Assembly: GCA_964593285.1 (NCBI GenBank)
Contig: CAZQHZ010000004.1
Span: 1 to 64,000 of the forward strand
DNA: 64,000 nucleotides
Direction: 5' to 3'
Origin: an uncultured Methanosarcinales archaeon
Lineage (GTDB): Archaea > Nanobdellota > Nanobdellia > Woesearchaeales > DSVV01
Shown: one piece after another, positions 43,504 through 54,388 of the stretch
How the letters are laid out: each line of letters starts with the position of its first letter
Position numbering within the stretch: the stretch's first letter is position 1
Made by a program: the position numbers and the translations under genes
The notes under the pieces: generated by a model
The model's database searches: none
Told to the model about the DNA's origin: nothing
The model's input: the letters and a program-made list of their open reading frames with translations, nothing else

Positions 43504-45342
43504 CTATAAATTTTTTAATTTGAATTCATTTTCTAAAATTTTAATATTATAATTTATTTTTTCTTTATCATTTGAATTTAAAAAACTTTTATTTAATTGC
43601 TTTTTTATTTCAGCAAGTTTTTCATAAGCTGTTTTCAAATTATTTTTTTCAATGTATGTATTACAATTTTTAATCATTTGATTAAATTTATTGATATTTG
43701 TATTATTTATTTTTTTATCATCAATTTTGTTATTAAAATTTTCATAATTTGTTTTGATATTATTTTTAATATAATTTACTGGTTTATTATATGTGGTATT
43801 TTCCTCTCTTTGTTTTTTTTCTTTTAATAATTCATAATCATTTTTTAAATTTTGGAGCATTTTTTCATATTCTTTAATTTTTGAAATGATTCTTGTTCCT
43901 TCTTTTATTTTTAGCTCGTTAGATTTTAAATTATTATTTAATATTTCAATATCTTTTATTTTTTTGTCACATTCTTTATTAATTTGTAATAATATTTTCT
44001 CTTTTTTATCATTTTCATCTTTTTGTTTTTTAATTAAATTATTTTTTGTGTCTAAATTTTTTTCTTTTGTTTCAATATTTTTTATTAAATTTTTAATTTG
44101 TTTTATTCTATCAGAAATAATTTTTTCTTTTTCATTTAGTTCATTTGTTTTTTTTTCTAAAAATATTTTTTTTTCTTTTATCAATTTGTATTCTTTTTTT
44201 ATATTTTCTTTATTTTTTTCATTTAGCTGTTTTATTTTTATTTTTTCTTGATTAATTTCATCTTTTAAATTTTTTAATTCTGTTTCTTTATTTTCTTTAG
44301 TTTTGTTTTCATTATTTTCTTTTAATTTTTCAAAATATTTAATTTTTTCATCTATTTTGTTTTCTTTTATTAAAAGTTCATTTGCTATTTTTTTTTGCTC
44401 TTTTATAGTTTCAATTAAAGTTTCATTTTTTATTTTTATTTCTTGATTTTCAATTTCAAGATTTTCTTTTTTTTGTTTTAATTCGTTTTTTTCTTTTAAA
44501 AATTCTTCATTTTCTTGTTTTAATTTTTTTATTTTATTTTCTAATTCTGCTCTTAAATCATTATTTATTTTTTCTTTCTTTGTTATATTTTCATATTTTA
44601 ATTTTAATTCATTTTGAGTTTCATTTAATTTTTTTTCTTTTAAATTCAATTCATTTTTTTTAGTCTCTAATTCTTTTAATTTGTTAGCAAGATTTTTTTC
44701 TTTTTCTAAAACTTTATTTTGGAAAATTTTTTCTTTTTCATCAAAATTGTTTTTAAGTTCGTTTATGCTTGCATAAATTTTTTTTAAATCATTTTCTTTT
44801 TTAGTAATTAATGATATTTTTTCTTCATGTTCTTTATTTAATTGAATTACAAAATCAGTTTTTTTAGTTATTTTTTCATTTAATTCATTTAGTTTATTTT
44901 TTTTTAATTCTAAATCATTTAAAATATTAAGATTCTCATTTTTAATTTTTATTTCATTTTTTAATTTTTTATCAATTTCTTTTTCTTTTTTTAAAATTGT
45001 TTTTTCTTTTTCATTTATTTGATCTTTGAGTATTTTAAATTCATCAATTTTTTTATTGTATTCGTCTATTTTTAGTTTTAGATTATTTGTTTTTTTTTCA
45101 AGTTCTTCTTGAGTTTTTTCAAATTTTAAAATTATATCTTGATTTTTTTTCTCTTCTTTTTGTAGTGCAATAATCTTTTTTTTAATTGAATCTTCTTTAT
45201 TTTCTATCTCGTTTTTTTTATTAATTAGTTCAGATTTTTTTTTTTTAATTTGAATTTCTTTTTGATCTATCCATTTACTTAATTCTTCTAAATTAATGTT
45301 TTCATTTTCAATATTATCAAAAGATATTTTTTCTGTGTCCAT
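43504..45342 (-). CDS. Long coiled-coil protein
   Basis: About 500 aa of K/E heptads and a small helical C-terminal domain. Confidence 0.75.
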   Translation of the reverse strand: MDTEKISFDNIENENINLEELSKWIDQKEIQIKKKKSELINKKNEIENKEDSIKKKIIALQKEEKKNQDIILKFEKTQEELEKKTNNLKLKIDEYNKKIDEFKILKDQINEKEKTILKKEKEIDKKLKNEIKIKNENLNILNDLELKKNKLNELNEKITKKTDFVIQLNKEHEEKISLITKKENDLKKIYASINELKNNFDEKEKIFQNKVLEKEKNLANKLKELETKKNELNLKEKKLNETQNELKLKYENITKKEKINNDLRAELENKIKKLKQENEEFLKEKNELKQKKENLEIENQEIKIKNETLIETIKEQKKIANELLIKENKIDEKIKYFEKLKENNENKTKENKETELKNLKDEINQEKIKIKQLNEKNKENIKKEYKLIKEKKIFLEKKTNELNEKEKIISDRIKQIKNLIKNIETKEKNLDTKNNLIKKQKDENDKKEKILLQINKECDKKIKDIEILNNNLKSNELKIKEGTRIISKIKEYEKMLQNLKNDYELLKEKKQREENTTYNKPVNYIKNNIKTNYENFNNKIDDKKINNTNINKFNQMIKNCNTYIEKNNLKTAYEKLAEIKKQLNKSFLNSNDKEKINYNIKILENEFKLKNL

Positions 45343-45493
45343 TTTTTTAAATTTAAAACTATTTTATAAATAAGTTTAACCCCTTTTTTAAAAAATTTAT
45401 AAATAATAGTCATTATATAGTTTAAAAAACTTTGTTGTAACTTAAGGATTAGTACAATTAATGTTTGATTAGAATTTATTAATTTTTTAATAA

Positions 45494-45961
45494 TTATAAA
45501 GCAGTGATTGTAAGTCTTCTTGGTTTTGAAACGTTGTTAATTATTTTTCCTTCTTTTAATTTTGCAGAGCCAATAAAATCATCATTATATTTTAAAATAA
45601 TAAATTTTGATTCATCAGATAATGTTTCTATATCTTCTCCTGTAAGCCATAACTTTAATTCATCATGTGTTAAATTTAATATATTTTTATCACAAAATTT
45701 TCCAAGTAATTGACTTCCTTCAATAGTTAAAACAATTCCATCACTAAATTCTTTACCAATTTTTAGACCAATTGTATCAATTTTTAGAAAAGAAGTATCA
45801 ATTCTATCAATATCTTTTGTACAAATTTTTATTGAAAGGTCATTTTTTTTTAAAAAAACAGCATAATCTTTTAAAATTTTTGAATTGAACCCAAATTGTT
45901 CGTTTAATTTATTTATTAATAATTTTTTTTTTTTGCTGTTTAAAATTTCTAATTTTTCCAT
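45494..45961 (-). CDS. NIP7/RsmF C-terminal (pre-PUA/PUA-like) RNA-binding protein
   Basis: GLKIG, LTIEGSQLLG, WLTGEDI, FIGSAK, NNVSKPRR. Confidence 0.75.
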   Translation of the reverse strand: MEKLEILNSKKKKLLINKLNEQFGFNSKILKDYAVFLKKNDLSIKICTKDIDRIDTSFLKIDTIGLKIGKEFSDGIVLTIEGSQLLGKFCDKNILNLTHDELKLWLTGEDIETLSDESKFIILKYNDDFIGSAKLKEGKIINNVSKPRRLTITAL

Positions 45962-47731
45962 TTAAATTCCCCATAAATGGTTATTTTTTCTTTTTATTTC
46001 AGCAATTTCTTTTAGCATTTCAATTTCTTCATTTGACAGATGTTTTTTGTATTCTTTTAATAATCTAAATTCTAGTTCTGTTAAATCAGAATATAATATA
46101 TCACCTTCATGGATTTGTCTACCAACAGTTACATTATCAATAGAAACTGCAACTTGTTTTCCTTTTTCTGCTTTTTTAAGATTATCTTGTTCGTGTTGAA
46201 TAGATTTAATAAAACCTAATTTAACACCATCATTTTTCATAAAATTTGATTTTTGTTTTAATAATCCATCTAATACTTCAACTCCAACAACAGCGGGATT
46301 ATTTTGTCTAAAAACCATTCCTTTTAAAATTTCAATTTTAAATGGTTTTGGTAATTTTTCTATCTCTGTTTTTTTTATTTTTTCTTCTTCATTGTTTTTC
46401 CATTGTTCATAATCTTCAAGTAGCCTATAAATAACTTGGTTAGTCCATACAACAACATTAGAAGTTTCTTTATATTCAATTGCATCTTTTACAATTTTTA
46501 CATTAAATCCTAAAATTACAGCATTTAAATGATTTTCCTTTAAATTACTTTTCGCATCAGTTATATCTTTTTTGGTAATATCACCAACAGATGCTTTTCT
46601 TATTGGAATATTTTTTTCTTTTAGTAATGTAACTAAAGCTTCAAGACTTCCAAGACTATCTGCTTTTAAAATAATGCCATCTTTATCAGTTTCTATTATT
46701 ACTTCATTTACTGCATTTAAAATTTCTTTTTTTATTTTTTCAATGTTTTCTTTATTTGCAACCATTATAGGCATTCCTGAAAAAACTTCTTCTAAATTTG
46801 GTGCTCCAATTTTAACTCCAATTGCTGCAGATGCACTTTTAATTGACTTAAAATTATTTTTTTTATCTCGAATTTCAGATAATGCAGCTGGTTCAAATAA
46901 ACATCTAACTTTTGTTTCAATAGTTTTGTTAATCCCACCAATAATTATTGTATCTCCAATTTTTATTGAACCGTTGTAAATTATAGTATCAAGTGTTTTT
47001 CCAATTCCTTGTTCTTCTTTTACTTCAATAATTGTTCCTTTTCCAGCACCTTTAGTGTCGCATTCAAGGCAAGTATTTAAAAATTTTTGAGCAAGGCCTG
47101 TAAGTAGCATTAATAGTTCTGGGATTCCTTCACCTGTTTTTGCACATGTTGGAACTATTGCTATTTGTTTTGTATGATCTGTTATTCTATCAAACCTTTC
47201 TGCTTGTAAATTTAATTCAAATAATTTACCAACAATTTCATACATTTTTTGATCTAATAAAGATTTTACTTGTTCAGATAAAGAATTAATGTTTTCAATT
47301 AAAGTATCGCTAGTTGTTTTCCAACCAGAAACTAAATCAACTTTATTTAGTGCAATAACAAAAGGTGTTTTATATTTTTTTAATATTTCAATGGCTTCAA
47401 GGGTTTGTGGTTTTAAGCCATCGTTTATATCTATTACAAGTATTGCAATATCAGCTAAATTTCCCCCACGTTTTCGTAAATTACTAAATGCTGCATGTCC
47501 TGGAGTGTCAATGAATAAAAGCCCTGGAAGAGTTATTTTCATATTAATTTTTTTTAGTAAATTTCCACAAAGCCTTTCAATAGTTTCAAGTGGAACAATT
47601 GAAGCACCAATTGCTTGAGTTATTGCACCCGCTTCCCTTTCTGCAACAGTTGATTTTCTGATAGTGTCAAGTATTTTGGTTTTACCATGATCAACATGTC
47701 CCATTATTGTAACAATTGGTTTTCTAATCAT
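45962..47731 (-). CDS. infB: Translation initiation factor aIF5B (IF-2)
   Basis: GHVDHGKT, REAGAITQAIGA, DTPGHAAF, KADSLGSLEAL. Confidence 0.97.
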   Translation of the reverse strand: MIRKPIVTIMGHVDHGKTKILDTIRKSTVAEREAGAITQAIGASIVPLETIERLCGNLLKKINMKITLPGLLFIDTPGHAAFSNLRKRGGNLADIAILVIDINDGLKPQTLEAIEILKKYKTPFVIALNKVDLVSGWKTTSDTLIENINSLSEQVKSLLDQKMYEIVGKLFELNLQAERFDRITDHTKQIAIVPTCAKTGEGIPELLMLLTGLAQKFLNTCLECDTKGAGKGTIIEVKEEQGIGKTLDTIIYNGSIKIGDTIIIGGINKTIETKVRCLFEPAALSEIRDKKNNFKSIKSASAAIGVKIGAPNLEEVFSGMPIMVANKENIEKIKKEILNAVNEVIIETDKDGIILKADSLGSLEALVTLLKEKNIPIRKASVGDITKKDITDAKSNLKENHLNAVILGFNVKIVKDAIEYKETSNVVVWTNQVIYRLLEDYEQWKNNEEEKIKKTEIEKLPKPFKIEILKGMVFRQNNPAVVGVEVLDGLLKQKSNFMKNDGVKLGFIKSIQHEQDNLKKAEKGKQVAVSIDNVTVGRQIHEGDILYSDLTELEFRLLKEYKKHLSNEEIEMLKEIAEIKRKNNHLWGI

Positions 47732-47776
47732 TTTTAAATGTAAGAAAAAAAGATTTATTCTTAAATTTTACTACTT

Positions 47777-48241
47777 TTAAAACTTTAAATATTCTTTAGC
47801 TAAATCGCCAACTATAGGTATTGTTTTTTTTTCACTATTAATTGCATGAATTAATCCGATTAACCACAATATAAAAATAAATATACTAAAAAAAGGTAGT
47901 AAAAACCACCCAAATACTGGAATTAATCCAAGAGCAATTTTTCCAAGAATGCTTATAAATAATAAATTTAAAGCTTGTTTTGCATGAAAATTTGCAATTT
48001 TGCTATTTTTCATATTTTCATCTGCAAAATACCAAATTATCCCAATAATAAAGTAAGTTAAAATTGCAACTAATCGTTCGTTTTCTATAGGTTTTTGGAT
48101 TATTTTTTTTGCTTTAGATGAAGATTTTTTATTTACTGTACTTGTTTTTTTAACTTTAGGTTGTGATTTTTTATTTGTACTAGTATTTTTTTTTGTAGTA
48201 CTAATTTTATTTTTTTTAGTAATCTTTTTTGTATTTTTCAT
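47777..48241 (-). CDS. DUF4870-family membrane protein with Lys-rich N-terminus
   Basis: AILTYFIIGIIW..FHAKQAL..IPIVG. Confidence 0.85.
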   Translation of the reverse strand: MKNTKKITKKNKISTTKKNTSTNKKSQPKVKKTSTVNKKSSSKAKKIIQKPIENERLVAILTYFIIGIIWYFADENMKNSKIANFHAKQALNLLFISILGKIALGLIPVFGWFLLPFFSIFIFILWLIGLIHAINSEKKTIPIVGDLAKEYLKF

Positions 48242-48520
48242 TTTTTTATTTTGTTGTTAATTAATAATTTAAAAATTTTTTGCTAATTTGGCTTAATATA
48301 GTTTTAAAGTTGTTAAAATGTATTGTAAAGCAAAAATTAATAGTTAAAAAAATATATGCTAAATTGTATTAATGTCACACTTTTTATTACATCATTTATT
48401 AAACCTTTAAAGAGTTTTTCGCAGTATTTTAAGATTTATATTAATTTTTGTTAGTTGTAATTTTTGAGTTGATCTAGATATTATAAAAAACAAGAATTTA
48501 TTCAGCAAATTATTTAAAGT

Positions 48521-48898
48521 ATGACTTTATTTCCATTTAATATGGAGAAACAATATAAAACTCTTGGTACATTAATCGAAAAATTTGGATTTGAAGAAGC
48601 TATATCCCACAAGTTTTTGGAAATAAGAGATAGATTTCCACTAGCAAATAGATTATTTACTGGATTAATAAGAGGCCATTTTAATTCGTCTGTTTACTCT
48701 GGAAGTTATATTGCTTATTGGGCTGATAAAGGAAATTTAGCCTATTTTAACCCAAATCCAAATTATCCAGAAGATTTTAGACCTATTAATCCTGAAACTT
48801 TTAAACCAATGCCTAGATTAACTGATGAAGAATTAAGAGAAAGATTTCCTACTGAATTTGCTCATACTGTTTCTCAAATATTACCTTATAAAAAATAA
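48521..48898 (+). CDS. Hypothetical protein
   Basis: 125-aa ORF between two DUF4870 paralogs; no recognised motif. Confidence 0.55.
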   Translation: MTLFPFNMEKQYKTLGTLIEKFGFEEAISHKFLEIRDRFPLANRLFTGLIRGHFNSSVYSGSYIAYWADKGNLAYFNPNPNYPEDFRPINPETFKPMPRLTDEELRERFPTEFAHTVSQILPYKK

Positions 48899-49157
48899 AT
48901 TTTTGCTCTAAATTTTTTAATATAATGATCAATAGATTGTCAATTCAAAAACTATTCCACCAGTCAGTCGACTTGTAGCTTCAAACAAGGATTCTACTGT
49001 TTTTGGAGGAATAACATTTATAATTTGTTTTACACATTACAATTTATTCTTAAAATATGTATTTCATGTTAATTCCTTAATATATACCTAATTAAGACTT
49101 TTTGTAACTGTGATATAATTATGTTTTAGAATAAGTTAAAAAAATAAAAAAAATAAT

Positions 49158-49487
49158 TTAAAAAGTTAAATATTTTTTAGCAAATTGCCCAATTATTGGA
49201 ATTTCTTTTTCTTTTTCATTTATTGCATGAATTAATCCAATTACCCATAAAATAAGCATAAATAATGTCCAAAGAGGAATTAATAACCAACCAAGAAAAA
49301 TAATAATCGATAAAATAAAATTTCCAACAAAACTAATTAAAAGTAAATTTAATGATTGTTTTACATGAAATTTTACCAATTTACTTGATTTAATTTTTTC
49401 ATCTACAAAATACCAAATTATTCCAATTAAAAAATAACTTAAAATAGTAACTAATTTTTCATTTTCTTGTTTTTTTGTTTTTACCAT
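49158..49487 (-). CDS. DUF4870-family membrane protein (paralog of 47777-48241)
   Basis: ILSYFLIGIIW..FHVKQSL..IPIIG. Confidence 0.85.
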   Translation of the reverse strand: MVKTKKQENEKLVTILSYFLIGIIWYFVDEKIKSSKLVKFHVKQSLNLLLISFVGNFILSIIIFLGWLLIPLWTLFMLILWVIGLIHAINEKEKEIPIIGQFAKKYLTF

Positions 49488-49596
49488 TTTTTTATACCTC
49501 TAAAATTATATTATTAAAAAGGTATAATTTAATATATTTATTAAATTATTTGTTTTTTTATTAAAATTTTATAAATATTAAAAAATTGCTAATTTT

Positions 49597-50769
49597 ATGT
49601 TAAATTCAATAATTGCACATATTGACATGGATTGTTTTTTTTGTTCATGTGAAATTAAGCGAAATGAGGAATTTAAAGGAAAACCAGTTATTGTTGGTGG
49701 CTTAAATTTTCGAAGTGTTGTATCTGCTGCAAATTATGAAGCACGAAAGTTTAATGTTCATTCTGCACTGCCAATTAGTACTGCAAAAAGGTTATGCCCA
49801 GAAGGTATTTTTTTACCTGTTGATATGGCTTATTATAAATTAGAATCAAAAAAAATAATGGATTTATTAAAAACAATAACTAATGAAATTCATCAAGTTT
49901 CAGTTGATGAAGCTTATTTAGATTTAACAGAGTATTTTAAAAAATTTTCTGATTTAAATGAAATGGCTAAATTTATTCAAAAAAAAATAAAAGATGAAAC
50001 TAAACTTGATTGTTCAATTGGTATAAGTGAATCAAAAATAGTTTCAAAAATTGCATCAGATTATAATAAGCCAAAAGGTGTAACTGTTGTTTTAGATCAA
50101 AAAGAATTTTTAAAAAATTTACCGATAAATAAAATTCCAGGGATTGGAAAGGTAAGTTTAAAATATTATATTGAAAAAGGAATAAAAACCATTGGTGATT
50201 TAGTAAATAAAGATAAATTTTGGATACTTGATAATTTTGGAATGAGTGGGATAAATTTTCAAAATATAGCAAAAGGGCTAGATAAAAGTAAACTTGAAAA
50301 AAAAGAAATAATAAAATCCATTAGTCGAGAAACAACATTAATTGAGGATACTTTTGATAAAAAAATTCTTGAAAATGAATTGGTTGAATTAATAAATAAA
50401 GTTTATGAAGATTTGAAAAATAGATATTTTAAAACATTGAGTATTAAAATTAGATATTCAAATTTTAACACAATTACAAGGGATATAACACTAAAAACAC
50501 CTGTTAATTCAAAAAAAATAATTATTGAAAATACACTAAAACTTTTTAATGTATCTTATAGTAGTCAAAATAAAAAAATTACTAATACAAAAAATAATTA
50601 TACTAATAATTACAATAGTATTAGTAATAATGTTACTAAAAATTTTAATATTGTTAATGATGATAATACTACGAATAGTGGTTATAATAAAATAAGGCTT
50701 TTAGGAATAAAATTGAGTAATTTGATGAATGAAAAAGAAATTCAAACGAATTTGTTAGACTTTTTTTAA
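49597..50769 (+). CDS. dinB: Y-family DNA polymerase IV
   Basis: HIDMDCFF, SAANYEAR, SVDEAYLD, SKIASDYNKPKG, IPGIG. Confidence 0.95.
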   Translation: MLNSIIAHIDMDCFFCSCEIKRNEEFKGKPVIVGGLNFRSVVSAANYEARKFNVHSALPISTAKRLCPEGIFLPVDMAYYKLESKKIMDLLKTITNEIHQVSVDEAYLDLTEYFKKFSDLNEMAKFIQKKIKDETKLDCSIGISESKIVSKIASDYNKPKGVTVVLDQKEFLKNLPINKIPGIGKVSLKYYIEKGIKTIGDLVNKDKFWILDNFGMSGINFQNIAKGLDKSKLEKKEIIKSISRETTLIEDTFDKKILENELVELINKVYEDLKNRYFKTLSIKIRYSNFNTITRDITLKTPVNSKKIIIENTLKLFNVSYSSQNKKITNTKNNYTNNYNSISNNVTKNFNIVNDDNTTNSGYNKIRLLGIKLSNLMNEKEIQTNLLDFF

Positions 50770-50794
50770 TTTATATTAAATTTTAATAATAATA

Positions 50795-51640
50795 TTAAAA
50801 AGGAATGAAACATAAAAGTCCTGTAATAATTAAAACAATTGAAATTATTTTTTGTAATAATTCTTGATTTATTTTATAGATAATTTTTGTTCCAACAAAT
50901 GCACCTAAAATAACACCTGGGACTGCAAAGATTAAAATATCAAATGCTAAATATAAATCATTAATATTTGTTGTGAATAAATGGTAAAAGTGAGTTAAAG
51001 AAGTTGCTAATGTAGTAATTGCTATTATAAAAACAGTTGTTGATACTATTGTTCTTAAATTAGAATTTGTTTTTTTAATTAAATTATATCCAAGTAATTC
51101 ACCAAGACCTGCAGAAGTCATACCTAAAAATAAACTTCCAATAGATGTATTAGCAATACATTTTTTTAAATCTTTTTCCTTTAATATAATTGATTTATCT
51201 GTTCTTTTAATACCAAATTTGATATCTGTAATTTTTTGACCCTTTTTAGTAATTGAAATAATATTTTTTAATAGTAATTTATAACCAATAAAAATTACAA
51301 TAATTCCAAGCAAAATTCTAATAAAATATGGTGGAATGATTGTTGATAAATAAGAACCAATTATTGCATATGGAATTGTTATTAATAAAAGAAAAATTCC
51401 TATATTATAATCTATTGTATTTTTTTTAATATATCTTAAAAGACCAGTAGTAAATCCAAAAAATTGAATCATTAAAGCTGATGCAATTGCAATATGGGGT
51501 TGTAATTTTAAAACTAAAATAAAAAAAGGAGAAAAAAAAGTTGCTCCACCAACTAAAGTTGACATTGCAATTGTTGCAATAATCATGCCTACTGGAAACA
51601 TAAACCAATATTCAAAACTAACCATAAATTGTAATAACAA
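50795..51640 (-). CDS. TauE/SafE (TSUP) family permease
   Basis: VGGATFFSP, AGLGE, AVPGVILGAFVG; about 8 TM. Confidence 0.85.
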   Translation of the reverse strand: MLLQFMVSFEYWFMFPVGMIIATIAMSTLVGGATFFSPFFILVLKLQPHIAIASALMIQFFGFTTGLLRYIKKNTIDYNIGIFLLLITIPYAIIGSYLSTIIPPYFIRILLGIIVIFIGYKLLLKNIISITKKGQKITDIKFGIKRTDKSIILKEKDLKKCIANTSIGSLFLGMTSAGLGELLGYNLIKKTNSNLRTIVSTTVFIIAITTLATSLTHFYHLFTTNINDLYLAFDILIFAVPGVILGAFVGTKIIYKINQELLQKIISIVLIITGLLCFIPF

Positions 51641-51778
51641 GGCTACATTTAAATAATTTTTTCAAAAAATGATGTTATTTTAAAATAGTAAAACAAAAAA
51701 TTTATTAATTATTAATTAAATTTATTTTATTTAAGGTGGGAAAATATTTGGTAATTTATTTAATATCAATAATTTAAA

Positions 51779-53560
51779 ATGGAAAATGAAAATAATAGTA
51801 CTGGATTTGAAAAAAATACTGATCTTGAAACAATACTTAAAATAAATTTTCCAGAAAATGTAATTCATGGAACTTTTCTTTGCGATATAAATCAAAATAC
51901 AATTTTTATAAATGATGAATTTTCTAAAATTACAGGATATAGTAAAGAAGAAATAATAGGAAAAAAAATATTAAATGAAAATTTATGGTTTAAAAAAGAA
52001 GATAGAAAAGAATATTTAAAAATACTTGATGAATTTGGACGAGTAGATAAAGCAGTGGGTTATTTTAAAAAAAAAGATGATAAAATAATTCCAGTAACAA
52101 TTTCTAGCACTTTTAATAAAACAAAAAAAAATGAAACACTAGGCTATCAAGGGATTTTACAGGATTATAGTGAAATTTTAAATAATTTTTTTAAAATACA
52201 ACTAGATAGATTAATGGAAAAACAAATCAATATTTTAGATACTTTTACTTCAACAGATAATTTAGATGAATTAATTAAAGAAACAAATTATTGGCTTTCA
52301 AAAATTTTTTATGCAAAATCAAGTTCTATTTTTTTATATGATTATGAACATAATAATTTTTTTTTAAAAAATGAAAATTATAAAAGGCTTGATGAAAAAT
52401 TAATAATTAAACACGATAAAAATTCAAGAACGCCAATTAATTATGCCATTAGAATGAACAAACCCTTAGTTGTATTAAATGGAAAAGCTTTAGTAAAAGA
52501 AAATAGAGAATCCATTGTTGAAAAGTCTAGAAAAATAATTAAGTCAAATGAATCATATGAAAATATAATTTTAAAATCTCTTTTAAATGAAACTAATGAG
52601 AGTAATTATAAAATTTTAAAATTAGATGATTTATCACTTGAATTAAATGGTAATGAATATTATGAAAAACCAGAAAATTTTATTATAATACCACATGTTA
52701 TAAAACAGCCAATTAATAAATTAACAGGTGTTATATGTTTATCAAATATTAATTCAAATGAAATATTTACATATATAAATCAACTTGAAAATAATCCAAA
52801 AGGAATTGGTAGTGCTAAAAAATTTGCACAAGAATTTTTTGTTGATGAGTCATATCAAAATAGCATTCATAATTTTTTTTTGAAAATGGCAAATCGAGTA
52901 GCGACAAATATTGGAACAAAAATTAAATCTGCTCAAAATTATTCTATAATATTGGATCAATCAGAGCGAGATCATTTAACAGGACTTTATAATCAACGAA
53001 AAATGCATGAAATATTATCAAAAGATTTCAACAAAGTTAAAAAACACAATAATATAAAATGTGAAAAAAGAAAAGGTATTAAAAAAGATTTATCTTTAAT
53101 CATGCTTGATTTAGATGATTTTAAAGAAATAAATGATAGGTATGGTCATGATATTGGCGATTTAACTTTGAAAAAAATAGGGAATAGACTTTATGAATGT
53201 GTTAGAGATGATGATTATATATTTAGATACGGTGGAGAAGAATTTTTAATTTCATTATATAATGCAGATTTAAATGTTAGTAAAAAAATATCTAAAAGAC
53301 TATTAGATACAATTTCTAAATATGTTTCATTAGACATAAAAAAAGATTTATTAAATAAATGTGTTGATGAAAAAAAATTAGATGAGTTAATTCCAAGACA
53401 AATAACTGCAAGTATTGGAATTTCTAATTATAATGAAAATAAAGTAAAAACATATCAAGAATTAATAAAAAATGCAGATCTTGCTTTATATAATTCTAAA
53501 AAATGTGGTAAAAATAGGTTTTGTTGTTATGATAAAACTTTGGTAGAAAAATTAAAATAA
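51779..53560 (+). CDS. PAS-(GAF-like)-GGDEF diguanylate cyclase
   Basis: PAS INDEFSKITGYSKEEIIGK; DHLTGLYN, DLDDFKEINDRYGHDIGD, RDDDYIFRYGGEEF, TASIG, ADLALYNSKKCGKNR. Confidence 0.93.
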   Translation: MENENNSTGFEKNTDLETILKINFPENVIHGTFLCDINQNTIFINDEFSKITGYSKEEIIGKKILNENLWFKKEDRKEYLKILDEFGRVDKAVGYFKKKDDKIIPVTISSTFNKTKKNETLGYQGILQDYSEILNNFFKIQLDRLMEKQINILDTFTSTDNLDELIKETNYWLSKIFYAKSSSIFLYDYEHNNFFLKNENYKRLDEKLIIKHDKNSRTPINYAIRMNKPLVVLNGKALVKENRESIVEKSRKIIKSNESYENIILKSLLNETNESNYKILKLDDLSLELNGNEYYEKPENFIIIPHVIKQPINKLTGVICLSNINSNEIFTYINQLENNPKGIGSAKKFAQEFFVDESYQNSIHNFFLKMANRVATNIGTKIKSAQNYSIILDQSERDHLTGLYNQRKMHEILSKDFNKVKKHNNIKCEKRKGIKKDLSLIMLDLDDFKEINDRYGHDIGDLTLKKIGNRLYECVRDDDYIFRYGGEEFLISLYNADLNVSKKISKRLLDTISKYVSLDIKKDLLNKCVDEKKLDELIPRQITASIGISNYNENKVKTYQELIKNADLALYNSKKCGKNRFCCYDKTLVEKLK

Positions 53561-53561
53561 A

Positions 53562-54266
53562 TTATATTTTATAAACATATAAGATATCATTTTTATTTTC
53601 TTTATCACTTAATATATCAAAGGTTGCGATAGGTTTTATTTTTGAATATGGATTCATTATTTTTGCAGTTGGATTTTTATCACCATTAACACTTAATAGA
53701 TAACCATTTTTAGATACTGCATAGGGTTTTGAAGCACAGCCACATGATAAAACAACTTGTAAATCAACCTTTTTGATTCCATCATCATATAATGATTTAT
53801 ATTCATTGTCCCTACAAATTTCAATTCCGCAAGTTTTTATATTTTTAAAATTTAAATCAAAAATTCCTGTTTTTTCTCCTTTAAAAAATTTTTTTTTAAC
53901 ATCATAATTAAAATGATCATCTTCACCATAATCTTTCCTTGCACAAAGATTTTTTTTATCATATTCAAAAATAATTTCTCCATTTAGTGCAACATGGGCT
54001 CTATTATGGGTTATATATTTATTGTTTTCTTTTTCTCCTAAAATAAAACTAGTTCCAGGTATTAACAATAAATCTTTTTTTAATTTACTCAAAGATTTAA
54101 TCTCATCTACTGAAATATTTGTATATTCTGATGAAACAAGCATGTCAAGATTAATTGTTTTATTCGAAGAATTTTTCAATTCGTTTGTTAAAATTTTATG
54201 AATACCTTTACTTGCATTGGTATTTTTTTTCCCAAATGTTTGATAAGCATAAAGTCCTATGTACAT
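53562..54266 (-). CDS. Carbon-nitrogen hydrolase (nitrilase superfamily)-like protein
   Basis: Candidate E-K-C triad: SSEY, YDKK, GIEICRD. Confidence 0.65.
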   Translation of the reverse strand: MYIGLYAYQTFGKKNTNASKGIHKILTNELKNSSNKTINLDMLVSSEYTNISVDEIKSLSKLKKDLLLIPGTSFILGEKENNKYITHNRAHVALNGEIIFEYDKKNLCARKDYGEDDHFNYDVKKKFFKGEKTGIFDLNFKNIKTCGIEICRDNEYKSLYDDGIKKVDLQVVLSCGCASKPYAVSKNGYLLSVNGDKNPTAKIMNPYSKIKPIATFDILSDKENKNDILYVYKI

Positions 54267-54388
54267 AATTAACTTTTAGTATAAGTAGTATTTAAAGTTT
54301 TTGATTTTTACTACTTTTTAGTAATTTAATTTAGAATTAGTTGGTGAAATGATAAAATTATTATATAAAGACGAAATATTCTATAAAA

